Positions 58,644 to 64,000 of a stretch of 64,000 nucleotides of DNA are shown here, in pieces. The DNA is from Candidatus Tenderia sp. (GTDB lineage: Bacteria > Pseudomonadota > Gammaproteobacteria > Tenderiales > Tenderiaceae), in NCBI GenBank assembly GCA_031416075.1, contig JANOSY010000087.1, positions 22,977 through 86,976 of the forward strand, read 5' to 3'. A program made the translations under genes and the position numbers. The notes below the pieces were generated by a model. It searched no databases. It was given only the letters and a program-made list of their open reading frames with translations, and was not told the origin of the DNA. The first letter of the stretch is position 1; each line of letters opens with the position of its first letter.

Positions 58644-59162
58644 TCAGATTCGGCTGTAGTGTGTGGCGTTGCACTTGGGGCAGGGAGGAATATGGCCGGT
58701 TTTATGGAAATGTATCACCTCTCCGCATGATTCACAGGCCAGTGTGCCGGGGCCGGTGATTTCGCCAGTGCGGTACTGGGTTGACTCAATGAGTTGCTCT
58801 TCGAAGTTGAGCATGTCGAGTTTGGTCTGGTCGGCAGTGCTGAGAAACATATCGAGAATCTCTCTTTCGATCAGTTCAATGTCAAAACGTAACCAAGCCC
58901 CCAGCTCTTCATTGTCAGGCCCGGCCAGATACTCACCAGCATCTTGCAGATCGCGGCGTATATAGTCACCAATTTTTAGCGCCTCTTCACGGGTTAACTC
59001 CCCCAGTTCGATGGCTTTTTCTGCGGCGGTGTTAATGGCCTGGTTGATTTTTGGGCCAGCGGCATCGGTAACGTCGGTCAGGCTTTCACTGACACGTAGC
59101 ATCATGGCGTTGTAGGCATGAACCAGTTTTTCGTTGTGGGTACGGCTATCATTACGCATCAT
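58644..59162 (-). CDS. Zinc-ribbon-containing protein (DUF1451-like)
   Basis: YIRRDL, YRTGEITGPGTLACESC..IPPCPKC; divergent from leuS. Confidence 0.8.
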   Translation of the reverse strand: MMRNDSRTHNEKLVHAYNAMMLRVSESLTDVTDAAGPKINQAINTAAEKAIELGELTREEALKIGDYIRRDLQDAGEYLAGPDNEELGAWLRFDIELIEREILDMFLSTADQTKLDMLNFEEQLIESTQYRTGEITGPGTLACESCGEVIHFHKTGHIPPCPKCNATHYSRI

Positions 59163-59276
59163 CTCGTCTCCGTGTGGGTTTAACTGTGCAGGCTTAAGTG
59201 TTGAGCCGATAGCGGAAAAGTGCAAGCCTGGCGTAGCTCGGGTATCCTATAGGGCTACTATATAGTCAGCGTTTGA

Positions 59277-61757
<2,481 letters not shown>

Positions 61758-61764
61758 CCACAAT

Positions 61765-61834
61765 GTAGGGTGCGCTATGCGCACCATTGCCTCGGCGGCC
61801 CCCAGTGCGAAATCGTGCGCACAGCGCACCCTAC
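61765..61834. repeat. GTAG-family REP doublet (REPIN-like)
   Basis: GTAGGGTGCGCTATGCGCACC and inverted copy GTGCGCACAGCGCACCCTAC. Confidence 0.85.
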
Positions 61835-61884
61835 GGTTCTTCGCCTCATCAACGCATCCGCAGGCCGGAATCCAGGCTGTGGTG

Positions 61885-62406
61885 ATGCTGTTGGTGATCT
61901 GCATGATGGCAACGTTGTTGAACGGTTGCGGTTGGCGGCTGCGTGGTTCGATGGAGCTGGCATTGCCGCCACTTTATCTTGAAATCCAAAACGGCAGTGC
62001 CGAGCTGCGTCGAGAACTGCCGCAGACATTTGACTCCTCTGGTGTGCAGCTGGCACCAACGCGCGAGGCAGCAGAGTTGATTCTGGTCATTCAAAACGAG
62101 ACACAAGAGCGGCGTGTGCTTGCCGTGGGTAGTGCTGGCAAGGTGAGTGAGTATGAACTGCAATACCAGTTACGTTTTATGGTGCGTGACCAAGCCGGCA
62201 AAGAGGTGATGGCCGCCGATACCATTCGTCAGCAGCGCGATTACACCTTTAATGAGTCCGAAGTATTGGCCAAGGACGAAGAGCAGCAGCAGCTGTTTGG
62301 CTTCATGCGCAGTATGGCGCTGCAAACCTTGCTGCGCCGTTTGCAGGGACTCAGTGAGTTGAAGGCAATACCAGCCACTACAGAGATACAGCCCGGTGCA
62401 AATTAA
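61885..62406 (+). CDS. lptE: LPS assembly lipoprotein LptE
   Basis: Lipobox LNGC-GWRLRG, EYEL, RDY...LAK..E; leuS-lptE-holA synteny; start uncertain. Confidence 0.9.
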   Translation: MLLVICMMATLLNGCGWRLRGSMELALPPLYLEIQNGSAELRRELPQTFDSSGVQLAPTREAAELILVIQNETQERRVLAVGSAGKVSEYELQYQLRFMVRDQAGKEVMAADTIRQQRDYTFNESEVLAKDEEQQQLFGFMRSMALQTLLRRLQGLSELKAIPATTEIQPGAN

Positions 62407-63430
62407 ACCGGAGCAACTCAAGGCGCATCTCGCTAAAGGCGTAGCGCCGCTCTATTTTGTCAGCGGTGATGAACCGCTGCTGCTGCAAGAGAGTTGTGAT
62501 CTGATCCGCGCCGCCGCCCGCCAGTCCGGTTGCAACGAGCGTGAAGTGCATCATGTGGAAGGTAATTTTGATTGGCAGGGGTTCCTGCAAGAGGGTGATG
62601 CCCTGTCACTCTTCTCGGATCGCAAGCTGGTTGAGTTGCGTATGCCCGGCGCTAAACCCGGCGATGCCGGTAGCAAGGCGTTGCAGAGTTATGCCGAACG
62701 TCCCAATCCCGACAACGTGCTGTTGATCGAATCGGGCAAACTCGAAGGCAGTGCCAAAAACAGCAAATGGTATAAATCGCTTGATGCGGCAGGTGTCATC
62801 ATTACCCTCTGGCCGATGGAGCTGAACCAGCTGCCCGGTTGGGCCATGCGGCGTATGTTGGACAAGGGGCTGCAACCCACTCAAGAGGCGGTGGCGCTAC
62901 TGGTCGAGCGCGTTGAGGGTAATCTGCTGGCCTGCTCACAAGAGATCGAAAAACTGCTGCTGCTCTTCGGCCCCGGCCCCATCACCCTCGAACAGGTTGC
63001 CAGCAGCGTCGCCAACAGCTCCCGTTTTGATATCTACAAACTGGTGGATGGCGCACTGCAGGGTGATGCCAATCGCACCAGTCGCATCATCACCGGCCTC
63101 AAAGGCGAAGGGGTCGAGCCAGTGTTGATCCTTTGGGCCATCAGCCGCGAAATCCGCGCCATCACTCAGATGTCTTTTATGATGAGACAGGGGTCGTCCG
63201 CCGATCAGGCCATGTCCAAACATTATGTCTGGGACAAACGTAAACCGCTGGTACGCACCGGCCTGCAACGCCATTCGCTGGCTCGCTGGCAAGCGCTGTT
63301 GCGCCGCTGCGGCGAGATTGATCTGATGGTTAAAGGTGGCCGGGCGGGGAATGTCTGGGACGAGTTGCTAGAGTTGAGTCTGTTGTTGGGTGGCTTGCAA
63401 CTCCACCCTGGCGTGCGCAGGGTGCCGTAG
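62396..63430 (+). CDS. holA: DNA polymerase III delta subunit
   Basis: YFVSGDEPLL, SLFSDRKL, EGNLLACSQEIEKL. Confidence 0.95.
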   Translation: MQIKPEQLKAHLAKGVAPLYFVSGDEPLLLQESCDLIRAAARQSGCNEREVHHVEGNFDWQGFLQEGDALSLFSDRKLVELRMPGAKPGDAGSKALQSYAERPNPDNVLLIESGKLEGSAKNSKWYKSLDAAGVIITLWPMELNQLPGWAMRRMLDKGLQPTQEAVALLVERVEGNLLACSQEIEKLLLLFGPGPITLEQVASSVANSSRFDIYKLVDGALQGDANRTSRIITGLKGEGVEPVLILWAISREIRAITQMSFMMRQGSSADQAMSKHYVWDKRKPLVRTGLQRHSLARWQALLRRCGEIDLMVKGGRAGNVWDELLELSLLLGGLQLHPGVRRVP

Positions 63431-63468
63431 ATAACCTCTGAATATCAACCTGGAATCACAACAGTCCC

Positions 63469-63538
63469 CGTGGGAATTCATACGACATCTTGCTCGGTTC
63501 ACCGCCGTATGCATCCCCATGCTGGAGCGTGGGAACAA
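63469..63538. repeat. Degenerate REP/MITE-like palindromic element
   Basis: Arms CGTGGGAATTCATACG and CGTATGCATCCCCATG (3 mismatches) plus hairpin CCCATGCTGGAGCGTGGG. Confidence 0.6.
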
Positions 63539-63623
63539 GAAACCGTTACCCCTTGCGCTGCACCATTGATGCTTTTTGTGGTTGAGCATTCATAGAATCA
63601 ATGGCGATTTTGTTTGACGCGCG

Positions 63624-63652
63624 TTGACTCCTAATGTCCTCTGCGCCACACT
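63624..63652 (+). promoter_or_regulatory. Putative sigma70 promoter of the riboswitch
   Basis: TTGACT-N17-CACACT just upstream of the aptamer. Confidence 0.55.
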
Positions 63653-63665
63653 GATTCCACTTCCA

Positions 63666-63759
63666 GAAGGGGAGTAGCTTTCCGCCTCGGCATCGTCAGC
63701 ACGGCTCGTTAAATCGGCCCGGTGCCCAGGGTAACCTTGCGGTTACAAGCGAGACCTTC
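63666..63759 (+). ncRNA. yybP-ykoY (Mn2+) riboswitch aptamer
   Basis: GAAGGGGAGTAGC...CGTCAGCACG...CCGG...GCGAGACCTTC hallmark segments; GAAGG/CCTTC closing helix. Confidence 0.85.
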
Positions 63760-63817
63760 GTCGGTGACGACGATGGTCTATTGGTAAAATTCGAGCCCCG
63801 GCTCCTGATTTCCAAAC

Positions 63818-63854
63818 AGCCCCCGTGTACACCGGCGTACACGGGGGCTTTTTA
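63818..63854 (+). terminator. Riboswitch expression-platform terminator
   Basis: AGCCCCCGTGTAC-accggc-GTACACGGGGGCT followed by T-run. Confidence 0.85.
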
Positions 63855-63872
63855 TTGGGCTTAAATAAATAA

Positions 63873-64000
63873 GGTAATCCCCCGGCTTAGCCGGGGGACT
63901 CACTAGGTTTGACCGAGCGCTACGGTCAGCCTGATTCAAGGGGAAGAGTGCGATATCAATAGCGAGACGATTTGCCGGGAAGACCAGGAATTTCAACGGT
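63873..64000 (+). mobile_element. Internally deleted IS200/IS605-family element (runs off window)
   Basis: End hairpin TCCCCCGGC-tta-GCCGGGGGA; 63938-64000 reads KGKSAISIARRFAGKTRNFNG (mid-TnpA), preceded by an in-frame TGA. Confidence 0.82.

Overview
64-kb gammaproteobacterial chromosomal window, mostly core genes (qseBC-like pair, hrpA, apaG, arsC, srkA, grxC, purT, cysK, amt, miaB-ybeZ-ybeY-corC-lnt, nfo, ackA, leuS-lptE-holA) plus an 11-gene MSHA-like type IV pilus operon. Most notable accessory signal: a three-gene operon (39955-43725) encoding a 641-aa ferritin-like protein with a Cys-rich, bufferin-like C-terminal segment, a DUF692 multinuclear non-heme iron oxidase (MNIO) and its DUF2063 partner. 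No small precursor peptide is visible, so the large protein may itself be the substrate. Other signals: a DarTG module between 181-bp direct repeats of the amt 3' end; a LuxO-like activator divergent from a sigma54-type promoter of a GGDEF-EAL gene; a putative leader-peptide attenuator before an EamA exporter; sigma28-like promoters on the pilus genes; two probable pseudo-enzymes; a yybP-ykoY (Mn2+) riboswitch followed by a deleted IS200; and IS6, IS30 and REP remnants. All calls come from reading motifs by eye and recalled consensus sequences; no database searches were run.
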